Below, piece by piece: positions 21,220 through 30,637 of a stretch of DNA of 64,000 nucleotides. Source of the DNA: Gammaproteobacteria bacterium. Lineage in GTDB: Bacteria; Pseudomonadota; Gammaproteobacteria; Eutrophobiales; Eutrophobiaceae. The stretch is taken from NCBI GenBank assembly GCA_965116495.1, contig OZ220696.1, forward strand, positions 1,056,001-1,120,000. Direction: 5' to 3'. How positions within the stretch are numbered: the stretch's first letter is position 1; every line of letters begins with the position of its first letter. The position numbers were made by a program, and so were the translations under genes. Below the pieces are notes generated by a model that did not search any database, had not been told where the DNA came from, and saw only the letters and a program-made list of their open reading frames with translations.

Positions 21220-21675
21220 CTATCTATACACCTGGTAGGTTACGCGGTCACCAACGGTGATATCCCGTTTTTGTACCTGCCCGGCTTTCAGTTCCAGGAC
21301 GGCTTTGACCCGGCCGTCCGACGGCATCACTTTAGTGGATTCCGGCTGTGCGTTCTCGACGATCTTGACGATGTATCCATCCGTATCGATATAAATTATA
21401 TCAAGCGGGATAAAGGTATTCTTCATCCAGATATTCAACCGTTGCGGTTTTTCGTTCAATAACAACATTCCCTGGTTTGCCGGCAAGCTTGACCGGTACA
21501 TCAGACCGATGCTTTTCAAACGCGGGTTATCGGCAACCTCAACCCGGTAATACAGGTTGTCATATTTCGTATTTATCGTCAGTGAACCTGACTTGAAATG
21601 GGTCTGGCCGATACAGCTCGCGCTGATGAACAGCAGGAATAGAAGGCAACAGTCTCGACGACACTCTATTATCAT
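21220..21675 (-). CDS. DUF192 family protein
   Basis: VEVAD..GLMYR..GML, WMKNTFIPLDIIYID, VLELKAG. Confidence 0.92.
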   Translation of the reverse strand: MIIECRRDCCLLFLLFISASCIGQTHFKSGSLTINTKYDNLYYRVEVADNPRLKSIGLMYRSSLPANQGMLLLNEKPQRLNIWMKNTFIPLDIIYIDTDGYIVKIVENAQPESTKVMPSDGRVKAVLELKAGQVQKRDITVGDRVTYQVYR

Positions 21676-21680
21676 TGATC

Positions 21681-21796
21681 AATTACGAATTACAAATTAC
21701 AAATTACGAATTAGGAATTACGAATTACGAATTACGAATTACGAATTGGGTTTTTAAGATTTTAATTCCTAATTCGTAATTTGTAATTCCTAATTG
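21681..21796. repeat. Inverted heptamer arrays (AATTACG x10, 12-nt spacer, reverse-complement units x4-5)
   Basis: Read directly; overlaps the TAG stop of the dUTPase gene. Confidence 0.95.
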
Positions 21797-22257
21797 ATCT
21801 TCTTATTGTCTTCTTCACTCTTCGTTGCCCTGTTGTATCCGCTGTCCTGCCTGTTCAGGTTGACCGCGTGTTTCTGGCAATAAATATCGTACACTTTTTC
21901 CGGCGTAAGACCCGAGCATATCAGCGCGGAGACAAGAAAATGCAGTATATCGATTAATTCAACCCGGATATTCTGTATGTCGATATCATCCTTGCTCCAC
22001 CACTTCCATAATAACTCTTCATCAAGCTCCAGTATCTCCTCGCGCATCGCCCTGGAATAGTTTGATAACCAGGTATTGGGCAGGTCATTGACCTTGAGGC
22101 CGCCTTCATTGACCTGCGAATAGATGGTATCCATGGTCAGGGGATTCCCTGAAGTATCCTTGAGACCGTTTTTTTTGAAAACGTAATCGTTCAGTTCGGT
22201 CTGCATCCTGAAGATACGTTTGAGCATGTCGATCTCTGCAGATTTTTCAATATCCAT
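21790..22257 (-). CDS. Dimeric all-alpha dUTPase-like protein (dUTPase_2 family)
   Basis: MLKRIFRMQTELN, AMREEILEL..WKWW, ELIDILHFLVS, Y..KH.VN..RQ..GY; start trimmed to ATG 22257. Confidence 0.82.
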   Translation of the reverse strand: MDIEKSAEIDMLKRIFRMQTELNDYVFKKNGLKDTSGNPLTMDTIYSQVNEGGLKVNDLPNTWLSNYSRAMREEILELDEELLWKWWSKDDIDIQNIRVELIDILHFLVSALICSGLTPEKVYDIYCQKHAVNLNRQDSGYNRATKSEEDNKKIN

Positions 22258-22316
22258 CGTTCGCGTCCCTATTTTTGACCGCCGGGAGTAATTCGCCCCC
22301 CCGGGTAACAGGCCGA

Positions 22317-22337
22317 GGACAGATTTCAAATCTGTCC
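22317..22337. repeat. GGACAGATTT REP-like hairpin
   Basis: ggacagattt-c-aaatctgtcc. Confidence 0.65.
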
Positions 22338-22682
22338 CCTTCTCTGCCCGAATTAGCGGGAGCCGTTGAATTGATTTGATTATTATTGCCATTTTCGCTA
22401 TTTTCGTACACACTATACAAGTAGTTTGCATATTTTCTCTGGTCAATTCAGTAATTCCGGTTGGTTTTTCCTGTATTACCTTGCTGAATTTGCAACACGT
22501 TAGGCGTCGGGAAACTCTTGTTTATTCAGAATTTCCCGCGAGGCAGGGATACGCCATCATGTGCTTTCGCAATGTGATTGGACATGTGGGAAAATCGAAA
22601 ACCCGGGTTTTCGATCTTCATGTTCTGAAAATTCCGGGATGGAATTATTCAGGGATATTTTAATTTTTTCACGAGGTGATAT

Positions 22683-22886
22683 ATGGCAACTGGTACAGTT
22701 AAATGGTTTAATGAAACAAAAGGGTATGGATTTATCACGCCCGATGACGGAACGGCCGATGTATTCGTTCATTTTTCCGCTATACAGGCAGATGGATTCA
22801 GAACTCTGAGCGAAGGCCAGACTGTTTCATTTGAGAAAAAGGCAGGAGCAAAAGGCGATCAAGCTGTTAACGTTCAAATGACTTAA
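22683..22886 (+). CDS. Cold-shock protein (CspA family)
   Basis: [24 protein letters not shown]. Confidence 0.97.
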   Translation: MATGTVKWFNETKGYGFITPDDGTADVFVHFSAIQADGFRTLSEGQTVSFEKKAGAKGDQAVNVQMT

Positions 22887-22890
22887 CCTG

Positions 22891-22914
22891 ACTGCCTGTT
22901 ATCAGGCAGTTTTT
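22891..22914 (+). terminator. Rho-independent terminator after csp
   Basis: actgcctg-ttat-caggcagt followed by a T-run. Confidence 0.75.
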
Positions 22915-22957
22915 ATTACACTACAACCATCCAGGCTTCTGGATTAGGGATAGAACC

Positions 22958-23224
22958 TTGAAAAGAATGTTTGTTGGAAGTTTGCCTATGGAAACGACCG
23001 AAGCCGCCCTGACCGAACTATTTTCGGAATACGGAAAAGTCAGGGGCATTCAGCTTGCTACGGATGTTTTTTCCGGCAAATGCAAGGGGTTTGGTTTTGT
23101 CGATATGGAAGGACACGAAGCCAGGGCAGCGATTGAAGGACTGAACGGCAAGATGTACCAGGGCAAGTTCCTGCGCGTCAACTTTCAGGAACCACGGGGA
23201 AAGAAAGGTAAAAGGCGCCGCTGA
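22958..23224 (+). CDS. RRM-domain RNA-binding protein
   Basis: MFVGSL (RNP2), KGFGFVDM (RNP1), AIEGLNG. Confidence 0.92.
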   Translation: MKRMFVGSLPMETTEAALTELFSEYGKVRGIQLATDVFSGKCKGFGFVDMEGHEARAAIEGLNGKMYQGKFLRVNFQEPRGKKGKRRR

Positions 23225-23258
23225 CCAATATCGGTTGGTCACTCCCTTTACTTGATCC

Positions 23259-23915
23259 ATGAACATTGAGTTGATCAGTTTTGATCTGTGCCCGTTTGTG
23301 CAACGCTCGGTCATTACCTTGCTGGAAAAGGACATCCCCTTCAAGCGCACCAATATAGACCTGGCCAACAAGCCTGGCTGGTTTTTGCAGATCTCGCCCC
23401 TGGGGAAAGTACCCGTACTGAAAATAGACGGCAACATCCTGTTTGAATCGGCAGTCATCAACGAATACCTGGATGAAGTTACCCCCCCGTCCATGCACCC
23501 GGAAGACCCACTGCAAAAGGCCGTAAACCGGGCCTGGATTGAATTCGGATCGGAATTATCCAACCTGTCATTCAGGATGGTGATTACGGAGGATAAGGAC
23601 ATTGTGGAACAATCCCTGCAGGCCCTGAGGGATAAATTCGAATTTCTGAACAAAAACCTCAACGCCGCCCCTTTCTTTAACGGCGCGGATTTCTCGCTGA
23701 TCGACGCGGCCTATGCGCCTGTCTTTATCCGTATAGAATACCTGCTGAAGCAGGCGATCGCTGATGTGATCCCGCCGGGGTGCAGCCGGGTACTGGCCTG
23801 GAGCAACGCCATCCTGGCGCGGCCGTCAGTCCGCGGCAGCATCATCGACCGCTTCACCGAACTGGCAACGCAAAGATTCAAGAAACGGGGCGGTATCCTG
23901 CTGCAAAACCTGTAA
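23259..23915 (+). CDS. Glutathione S-transferase family protein
   Basis: SFDLCPFVQR, SPLGKVPVL, FESAVINEYLDE, FSLIDAAYAP. Confidence 0.93.
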   Translation: MNIELISFDLCPFVQRSVITLLEKDIPFKRTNIDLANKPGWFLQISPLGKVPVLKIDGNILFESAVINEYLDEVTPPSMHPEDPLQKAVNRAWIEFGSELSNLSFRMVITEDKDIVEQSLQALRDKFEFLNKNLNAAPFFNGADFSLIDAAYAPVFIRIEYLLKQAIADVIPPGCSRVLAWSNAILARPSVRGSIIDRFTELATQRFKKRGGILLQNL

Positions 23916-23932
23916 ACCTGCAATTGATATTA

Positions 23933-24092
23933 TTTATCCGCAGATGACGCAGATAAACGCAGATTAAAAGACAATTCTTTATATGTGGATGGTGACCAGG
24001 TCGGATTTAATCAATAAAGTCTGAATTTGTCCGGGGCCTGTCAAGTTTTAATATCTTTTATCTGCGTTTATCTGCGTGAATCTGCGGATAAA
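23933..24092. repeat. CCGCAGAT-arm inverted-repeat element, copy B
   Basis: tttatccgcagatgacgcagataaacgcagatt ... atctgcgtttatctgcgtgaatctgcggataaa. Confidence 0.92.
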
Positions 24093-24104
24093 TCAAGCGG
24101 TATT

Positions 24105-25334
24105 TTATGTATAGGCGTGCTTTTGCAGCACCAGGCGATAGCATTGCAGGCGGTTATGCAGGAAGCACTCAGCCGACCCCCACAAGTACAGCCGGAAGCG
24201 CCGGTAATCCGCCTCGCCGAACTTTTTGATGATGAATTCCCGGTTGGCATCGAAGCGTTTGGCCCAGTGGTCAAAAGTCAGGTAATAGCTGTACCGATCA
24301 TCCCATACTCCTTTCAAATCAAACGGCTTTGCGGCCAGGGATTTCAGAAAGTCGTGGAGCACGAAGAAGGAATGGTTGCCGGGATATATGTGTTGCGTAA
24401 TAAAGGATGATATCTCATATTTCCGGGGTATGGCGCTGGCGTCGAGAAATACATAACCCCCCGGCTTGAGCAACCGGTCAAAACACTTCAGGACCTCGGT
24501 ATAGTTGGGCAAGTGCTCCATCACGCCCAGTATGGCGATGGCATCGAACTGTTTTTTGGTTTTGTATTCAAGGACGTCCATCAACCTGGTGGTGATAGGC
24601 AACTTCTGCACAGACGTCAGTTGCTGCATGAATTTAAGCGACTGCTCAGCAATGGTCAGGCCGGTCACCTTGATGCCTTTACGCGCCGCGAATTCCGCAA
24701 ACGAACCCCAACCGACTCCGACGTCCAGTACTTCACTGCCGGGGGTCAGCTTGCATCGTTCCAGGATAAAGTCCATTTTCCGGCGTATCGCTGCCGAGAG
24801 CGGTTCGTCAGGCGACTCGAATATGCCCTGGGTGTAACAGCGAAACTCCTCATCCAGGAACGACAGGTAAAATGAATGGTCCCGTTCGTAATGGTGGCTG
24901 ATTGCCGATTTGTTGACCGCGACCTGGCCCAGCAATACCGGCGCTATAAACCGCCAGAGCCACCTGAACAGGTGCCGGTCCTGACAATAATTGCGCAATT
25001 CATACATTTTGATGATATCGCCCTCTACATCGAACCAACCGTCGATATAGGCGTTCGCGATGACTCCTTCATCAAACGATACAATGGCGCGCAATCCCCT
25101 GGGGTCAGTCATCCTGAGCTTGAAACGCGGCGAACCCGTGCCTATCCTGTGTTCACTTCCGTCCGTGAGCACCGCGTCGAAACTGACCGGGCTTTTCCTG
25201 AACCGGTGGGAAATAAATCCCAGTAGCCGGGCTTCCCTGCGCTGCAGCGTTTTAATTTTTTTGCTTTCGACCGGACTCGCAGCTTCCGGAACACCTTGTT
25301 GCTCGTCGGCACGATCATTTAGAATAGATGCCAT
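24105..25334 (-). CDS. Cyclopropane-fatty-acyl-phospholipid synthase-like SAM methyltransferase
   Basis: AISHHY, FLD..CYT, VLDVGVGWG, GVMEH, HIYPG, RFRLYL..S. Confidence 0.85.
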   Translation of the reverse strand: MASILNDRADEQQGVPEAASPVESKKIKTLQRREARLLGFISHRFRKSPVSFDAVLTDGSEHRIGTGSPRFKLRMTDPRGLRAIVSFDEGVIANAYIDGWFDVEGDIIKMYELRNYCQDRHLFRWLWRFIAPVLLGQVAVNKSAISHHYERDHSFYLSFLDEEFRCYTQGIFESPDEPLSAAIRRKMDFILERCKLTPGSEVLDVGVGWGSFAEFAARKGIKVTGLTIAEQSLKFMQQLTSVQKLPITTRLMDVLEYKTKKQFDAIAILGVMEHLPNYTEVLKCFDRLLKPGGYVFLDASAIPRKYEISSFITQHIYPGNHSFFVLHDFLKSLAAKPFDLKGVWDDRYSYYLTFDHWAKRFDANREFIIKKFGEADYRRFRLYLWGSAECFLHNRLQCYRLVLQKHAYT

Positions 25335-25441
25335 GATTCTTCATACCTCTGTTGCCCTCTGGTAAATTATCACTTATCCGGCAAACACGCAAAGGAATAA
25401 GACAACCGGATTAACCGGGATTATTGCGTTATCCTTCCTTC

Positions 25442-26173
25442 ATGAATGACCATCACAACAATATCAAACCGGATGAGGTCGAAAAATTCGAGCAACTGGC
25501 CCATGACTGGTGGAACATTGCCGGCCCGCTGCAAACCCTGCACGACATAAATCCGATCCGGTTGAATTATATCACCGACAATGCAAAGATCGACGGCAGG
25601 CGCGTACTTGACGTGGGTTGCGGGGGCGGCATTCTGACAGAGGCACTGGCGCGTAGAGGCGCCAGTGTTCTGGGGCTTGACGCCAGCGAAGCCGTCATCC
25701 AGGCCGCCGGGCATCATGCACAGGAAAGCGGCCTGGAGATCGACTATATCACCGGGAGCCTGGAGGAATTCGCTACGGAAACCGCAAGCCGCTTTGACGT
25801 AATAACCTGTATGGAATTACTTGAACACGTGCCGGACCCGCAGGCGTTGTTGCGTTCCTGCGCCCTGTTATCAAGACCTGGCGGTCACTTGTTCCTGGCG
25901 ACCATCAACCGCAATGTGAAATCCTACATCAGTGCCGTTCTCGGTGCCGAGCACCTGTTCGGCCTGCTGCCCAAAGGCACCCATGACTATGCCGGTTTCA
26001 TCCGTCCTGCCGAACTGGACTGGTGGCTGCGCGAGGCAGGTTTCAAGGTGCTGGACATCAGGGGAATGCTCTACATCCCGGGGATCAGATATTGCGCCCT
26101 GACAAACGACCCGGGCGTCAATTACCTGCTGCACGCACAACTTGTCGATCAGCGTCCGGGGTCCGACATCTAG
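25442..26173 (+). CDS. ubiG: Ubiquinone O-methyltransferase UbiG
   Basis: EVEKF..LA..WW, LHDINPIRL, VLDVGCGGGIL, CMELLEHVPDP, LPKGTH. Confidence 0.96.
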   Translation: MNDHHNNIKPDEVEKFEQLAHDWWNIAGPLQTLHDINPIRLNYITDNAKIDGRRVLDVGCGGGILTEALARRGASVLGLDASEAVIQAAGHHAQESGLEIDYITGSLEEFATETASRFDVITCMELLEHVPDPQALLRSCALLSRPGGHLFLATINRNVKSYISAVLGAEHLFGLLPKGTHDYAGFIRPAELDWWLREAGFKVLDIRGMLYIPGIRYCALTNDPGVNYLLHAQLVDQRPGSDI

Positions 26174-26215
26174 CAGGCACCTGCCCGACTATTTTCCAAA
26201 CCGGCTGACAATCGA

Positions 26216-26881
26216 ATGAACAGCAATGTCAGATGTATCCTGTTTGATCTCGACGGCACCCTGGTGGACACCGCGCCGGACCTCGCCAATGCGCTGAACC
26301 GGACGCTCGTCAATCACGGCAGGCAACCGTTAACGTTTGATGCAATCCGCCCCAGTGTCTCCCTGGGAGGTGTGGCAATGATAAAGCTGGGGTTCAACCT
26401 GGATGAAAGCGATCCGGATTTCACCCCCTTGCGTAATGAGTTCCTGGCAATATACCGGGACAACCTCTCTCACCACAGCCGCCTGTTCCCGGGCATGGAG
26501 CAGGTGCTGGCCGGACTGGATGAAATGAAGGCCTCCTGGGGTATCGTCACCAACAAACCCGGCTGGCTGACCAACCCGCTTATGGAGGCGCTGCACCTGG
26601 ATACGCGTACTGACTGTATCGTCTCCGGCGACACGCTGGAACAGCGCAAACCGCACCCCGCGCAGTTGTTCCATGCCTGTGAACTACTGCAGCGCGTACC
26701 GGCAGAGACCTTGTACGTGGGTGATGCGCGGCGTGACATAGAAGCGGGGGTAAACGCCGGCATGACGACCCTGGTTGCCGCTTACGGGTACATCGACACG
26801 AATGAAAATCCGGAAAACTGGGGCGCTGACGGGATGATAGACAGCCCGGAAGAAATCATGGCCTGGGTGAGTCCAGACTGA
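26216..26881 (+). CDS. HAD phosphatase (Gph/MupP-like)
   Basis: FDLDGTLVDT, VTNKP, KPHP, YVGD..RDI; follows ubiG. Confidence 0.9.
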   Translation: MNSNVRCILFDLDGTLVDTAPDLANALNRTLVNHGRQPLTFDAIRPSVSLGGVAMIKLGFNLDESDPDFTPLRNEFLAIYRDNLSHHSRLFPGMEQVLAGLDEMKASWGIVTNKPGWLTNPLMEALHLDTRTDCIVSGDTLEQRKPHPAQLFHACELLQRVPAETLYVGDARRDIEAGVNAGMTTLVAAYGYIDTNENPENWGADGMIDSPEEIMAWVSPD

Positions 26882-26887
26882 CGGCAC

Positions 26888-27727
26888 ATGAATCCGGAAC
26901 AGTATTGCCGCAATAAAGCCGCCCCCGCCGGTTCAAACCTGTATTACGCTGCCTTGTATCATGATCCGCAAAGCAAGCGGATACTGCATGCCCTGTTTGC
27001 TTTTCACCAGGAACTCAGCGAGGTGGTCTATTCGTCATCAGACCCCGGCGCGGCGCGGGTCACCTTGTACTGGTGGTTTGAAGAGATAGGCAGACTGTTT
27101 TCCGGCGAGCCAAGGCACCCCGTTACCCAGGAGTTGTCTCAACCTGATAGCGCTGATTACCTGTCTCAAAAGGAAATGATGGGCTGTGTTGCGACTATGG
27201 CGCAGTTTCTTGATGCGCCTGAGAGCGGTCCTTACCAGGCCTGGCTGGCGCGCCACCACGCCGCCTCCGGTTATATCTGGAAAGCGGCAGGACTGGCCTG
27301 TGGTTGCACAGACCCGGACAAGCTGGCCGTCCTGTCCAAGGCGGGTTGCTGTTACGGCGCATTTGAACTGCTGCACCACGTCAGACACTTCGCCAAACTC
27401 GGCCTTAATATACTCCCGACAGAACTATTGAGCAGTCGTAACATCAGCCTGGAAACACTCATCCGGCCGGAGTCCGGTGATAGCGGAACTGAGTTCTTCA
27501 CAAAACTGTTTGAACTGGTGCAGAACGAGATAAAAACCTGCCTGACCAACCTGCAGGGAGAAGAAGCACACAAGCTCTTATTCTCCCATACCATGCTGAA
27601 AATACTGGAGGCCCTGTGCAGGGAATACCAGTCCGCCCGCTCGCCTGTCACCCACACCCGCATTTCCTTAACCCCTGTCAGGAAACTCTGGACAGCGTGG
27701 AGGACGGCCCGTAGATTACGCAGGTGA
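26888..27727 (+). CDS. Squalene/phytoene synthase-family (HpnD-like) protein with degenerate Asp motifs
   Basis: QYCRNKAAPAGSNLYYA, WW.EEI.RLF.G.PRHPV, SLTPVRKLW.AW. Confidence 0.75.
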   Translation: MNPEQYCRNKAAPAGSNLYYAALYHDPQSKRILHALFAFHQELSEVVYSSSDPGAARVTLYWWFEEIGRLFSGEPRHPVTQELSQPDSADYLSQKEMMGCVATMAQFLDAPESGPYQAWLARHHAASGYIWKAAGLACGCTDPDKLAVLSKAGCCYGAFELLHHVRHFAKLGLNILPTELLSSRNISLETLIRPESGDSGTEFFTKLFELVQNEIKTCLTNLQGEEAHKLLFSHTMLKILEALCREYQSARSPVTHTRISLTPVRKLWTAWRTARRLRR

Positions 27728-27836
27728 ATGGCAGTTCCAGCCGCTTCCTTTACCAGTTTTTAGTAAGCATCAGCAAACCCGGGATCCAGCCGGTACAGAT
27801 ACCGGTGGCAACCATTGCATAAGTGAGGGTCTATCC

Positions 27837-27920
27837 ATGTGTCTGAAAATCACTACAGTCGGGAATTCAACCGGTGTCGTTTTGCCCAAAGACCTGTTGG
27901 CGAGACTACGCGTCGGCATT
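27837..27920 (+). pseudogene. Truncated AbrB/MazE-type antitoxin N-terminus
   Basis: LKITTVGNSTGVVLPKDLLARLRV, after which similarity is lost; no toxin downstream. Confidence 0.65.
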
Positions 27921-28004
27921 AGCCGCTTGGACCAGGTTACATTTAAATCAACGGCATTTGGATTCAGTCCACGAACCGGGTGTGCCCCGGCAACGCCGTC
28001 CGGC

Positions 28005-28463
28005 TTAATGCTGCCAGCGCAGCCTGACCCGTAACCGTCTCAGCGTTTGCTTGTCCAGGTTGTCATGGGTCAGTACGCAAGGATGGGTCCGGCCGGCCGT
28101 GTCCTTGAAGTGCAGTACCACTATCTGCGGGTGGACCAACGCGCCGGGCAGCAACCTGAGGTTGACGGCTTCGCAGTTGTCACTGAATAACTGCCATTGG
28201 TCGTGCTTGTCCAGCTTGAAGCAGATGTCCTCCGGAGAGAGAAATCGCGTTATGTAAATGCCATAATTGACCAGGACGCAGGTTCCGGCAAATACCATGG
28301 CAATGGCCGGAATATCTGCCACGAACAGGCAGACAATCGCCCCTATATGCACCAGGGTATTAAAAATACCCACCCGTACAGAGCGCCGGTAATGAATGAA
28401 AATCGGTAGTTCAAACGGGGCTTCCAGGCCGGTTACATCGGGCATCCCTTTCTTGCAATCCAT
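28005..28463 (-). CDS. YgfX-family membrane protein
   Basis: Two N-terminal TM helices, V.P.IVVL.F, C-terminal LRRLRVRLRW. Confidence 0.7.
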   Translation of the reverse strand: MDCKKGMPDVTGLEAPFELPIFIHYRRSVRVGIFNTLVHIGAIVCLFVADIPAIAMVFAGTCVLVNYGIYITRFLSPEDICFKLDKHDQWQLFSDNCEAVNLRLLPGALVHPQIVVLHFKDTAGRTHPCVLTHDNLDKQTLRRLRVRLRWQH

Positions 28464-28566
28464 TATGTTTATTTACATACTGTATTTTTTCCTGTCGGAA
28501 AACACGCACGCGTACACGGTGATCCTGGACAAAACAGGATATTGAAGATTTTGATAACATAAGTCA

Positions 28567-28728
28567 ATGGCCAGACAAGAAACAGAGAAGCCGCAAAAAC
28601 CGCCCCAGCCAGCCAGGCCGACAGAAAACAGCAAGGAGAACGAGTCCGGGGAAGTCGGCGGCCCTAAGGGACCGGAACCCACCCGTTACGGAGACTGGGA
28701 AAGAAAAGGCCGTTGTGTGGATTTTTGA
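28567..28728 (+). CDS. DUF1674 / SDHAF4(Sdh8)-like succinate dehydrogenase assembly factor (absent from ORF track)
   Basis: Manual translation, 53 aa ending [25 protein letters not shown]. Confidence 0.93.
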   Translation: MARQETEKPQKPPQPARPTENSKENESGEVGGPKGPEPTRYGDWERKGRCVDF

Positions 28729-28771
28729 CTTTGCGTCCTGCATCTGAGACTCCGGCCCGGGATGGTGCAGG

Positions 28772-29737
28772 TTGATAGCGGGCCGGCTGGTTTTCGCGCT
28801 GTTGCTGATAGCGGCGCCCGCTGCAGTTCTCGCCGCTGACCGGACCCTGATCCTCGCCGCGTGGAATATCGAACACCTGGCGGCTGAAGACGGCAAGGGC
28901 TGCCGGCCGCGGGATGCTGCCGAATACGAGGCGATCGGGCAATACCTGGACCGCGCTAATGCGGACATTATTGCATTCCAGGAGGTAGAGAACCTGCGCG
29001 CGGCAGAGAGGGTGTTCCCTGCTTCGAAGTATGATGTTCATATCTCACAAAGACCGTCCCGGAAATTTCCGGAATGCTACGACATCACCAACGACAGGTT
29101 GATGCAGCGCACGGGGTTCGCCGTTCGCAAGGACATTGCCAGGCGCCTGGGTCTGCGGGCGGTTCGACAACCCGATGTACGCGAACTGCAGGGCACCCAT
29201 GATTCCGGGCGCCGGGGCGTCCATCTTGTCCTGGAGCAGGTTGATGAAGGTAGCGCCGGGTCAATGCCGGCCGGGCCCCCATTGCACCTGCTTTCCATAC
29301 ACCTGAAATCAAGATGTACGCACCAGGCCATAACGGGCAAAAAAACCAGGCCGGATTGCGTCGTACTGCATGGGCAGGTTGACGCATTATCCGCCTGGAT
29401 CAATGCCCGTGCCCACCTGCAACAGGATTTTATTATCGCCGGCGATTTCAACAGGCAGCTTGACCAGTTAAGCGACGAAGTGTGGGTACGGCTGGAATCC
29501 GGCGGCAAGAGCGGACCATACGTTGACCTGGAGAAAGCCCTTCAAGGGGTTGAACATCCACAGCCTTATAACCGGAAATACCCCTACGCCATCGATCACA
29601 TCATATACAACCAGGCCGTGGACAGCCTGTTGCTTGAGACAGAGGCGTTTTTTGACGTCGGGGCGGGCAGCTATTCGGACCACCTGCCTGTTTTTGCCAC
29701 CTTTGATTTATCGGGCCCCGACGGTGGTATGAACTGA
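28772..29737 (+). CDS. Secreted endonuclease/exonuclease/phosphatase family protein
   Basis: Signal peptide, AWNIEHL, DIIAFQEV, HLKS, AGDFN, IDHI, SDHLPV. Confidence 0.9.
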   Translation: MIAGRLVFALLLIAAPAAVLAADRTLILAAWNIEHLAAEDGKGCRPRDAAEYEAIGQYLDRANADIIAFQEVENLRAAERVFPASKYDVHISQRPSRKFPECYDITNDRLMQRTGFAVRKDIARRLGLRAVRQPDVRELQGTHDSGRRGVHLVLEQVDEGSAGSMPAGPPLHLLSIHLKSRCTHQAITGKKTRPDCVVLHGQVDALSAWINARAHLQQDFIIAGDFNRQLDQLSDEVWVRLESGGKSGPYVDLEKALQGVEHPQPYNRKYPYAIDHIIYNQAVDSLLLETEAFFDVGAGSYSDHLPVFATFDLSGPDGGMN

Positions 29738-29749
29738 AGCAGGCTATTC

Positions 29750-29822
29750 GGGGTCAGAGTAAAAATACCTGGTAGTACGGTAACACAATCTACCGGGTTG
29801 ACCGTATTTTTACTCTGACCCC
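29750..29822. repeat. GGGGTCAGAGTAAA REP-like inverted pair
   Basis: 19-bp perfect arms at 29750-29768 and 29804-29822. Confidence 0.85.
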
Positions 29823-29886
29823 AAGTATCAGGTATCAAAGAATAGTACGGTCTCGTATAATACGCCTTTTTCCGAGTGGGTAATTA

Positions 29887-30267
29887 ATGACGAACTCGCA
29901 AACTCCACTGTCGCCTTTTTTGCAGTACAGGCCGCAGTTGACATCGATGCTGTCCATCTCGCACCGCATCACGGGAGTGTTCCTGTGCGCCGGGGCGGTG
30001 TTGTTGAGTTGCTGGCTGGTGTCGGTTGCCGCGGGGGCGGAGGTATATTCCACGGTCAACCAGCATGTCACTGCCTGGTACGGTCAGGTTGTCGTTATCG
30101 GCTTTGTGTTCTCACTCTACTACCACTTGTGCAACGGCATCCGGCACCTGTTCTGGGATATGGGTATGGGGCTGGAAATCACAACCACCTATCGTAGCGG
30201 CTATGCGGTGCTGATTACCACGATATTACTGACGATCATGACCTTCAGTGCCGGGAGTATCCCGTGA
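29887..30267 (+). CDS. sdhC: Succinate dehydrogenase cytochrome b556 subunit
   Basis: PLSP...YRPQLTSMLSISHRITG, HLCNGIRHLFWD. Confidence 0.95.
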   Translation: MTNSQTPLSPFLQYRPQLTSMLSISHRITGVFLCAGAVLLSCWLVSVAAGAEVYSTVNQHVTAWYGQVVVIGFVFSLYYHLCNGIRHLFWDMGMGLEITTTYRSGYAVLITTILLTIMTFSAGSIP

Positions 30268-30635
30268 TCAGACGGCTCCTGTTTCCCCGGGCCGGAAGTA
30301 CCGGAGAAAATATCCGGCGCTGGTGGTACCAGCGGCTTTCCGCGGTTGCCCTGCTGCCACTCTCGTTGTGGTTCATCTATGACTTGTCCGCGCTGGCGTC
30401 ACTGGAATATACCGTGGTGCGGGATTGGCTGGCAACGCCGTCCAGCGTTGTCCTGTTCATCCTGCTCATTCCCACCCTGTTTTATCACGCCCAGTCCGGC
30501 ATGCAGGAGGTCATCGAAGACTACATTGCAAGTGAGCAGCAAAAGATGGCGGCTGTATTCGTGGTGAAGTTTTTGGCAATGCTGTGCGCACTCGCTTCCA
30601 TGCTGGCCGTAACGGCAATCCACCTGGGCCTGTGA
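30264..30635 (+). CDS. sdhD: Succinate dehydrogenase membrane anchor
   Basis: [24 protein letters not shown]. Confidence 0.93.
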   Translation: MIRRLLFPRAGSTGENIRRWWYQRLSAVALLPLSLWFIYDLSALASLEYTVVRDWLATPSSVVLFILLIPTLFYHAQSGMQEVIEDYIASEQQKMAAVFVVKFLAMLCALASMLAVTAIHLGL

Positions 30636-30637
30636 TA

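Noticed and set aside
21557-21757. ORF with YELRIT repeats
   Set aside because: Translation of the heptamer array, overlapping DUF192 on the opposite strand
22258-22446. N-terminal extension of the dUTPase ORF
   Set aside because: Runs through a REP-like hairpin and the csp upstream region; similarity begins near ATG 22257
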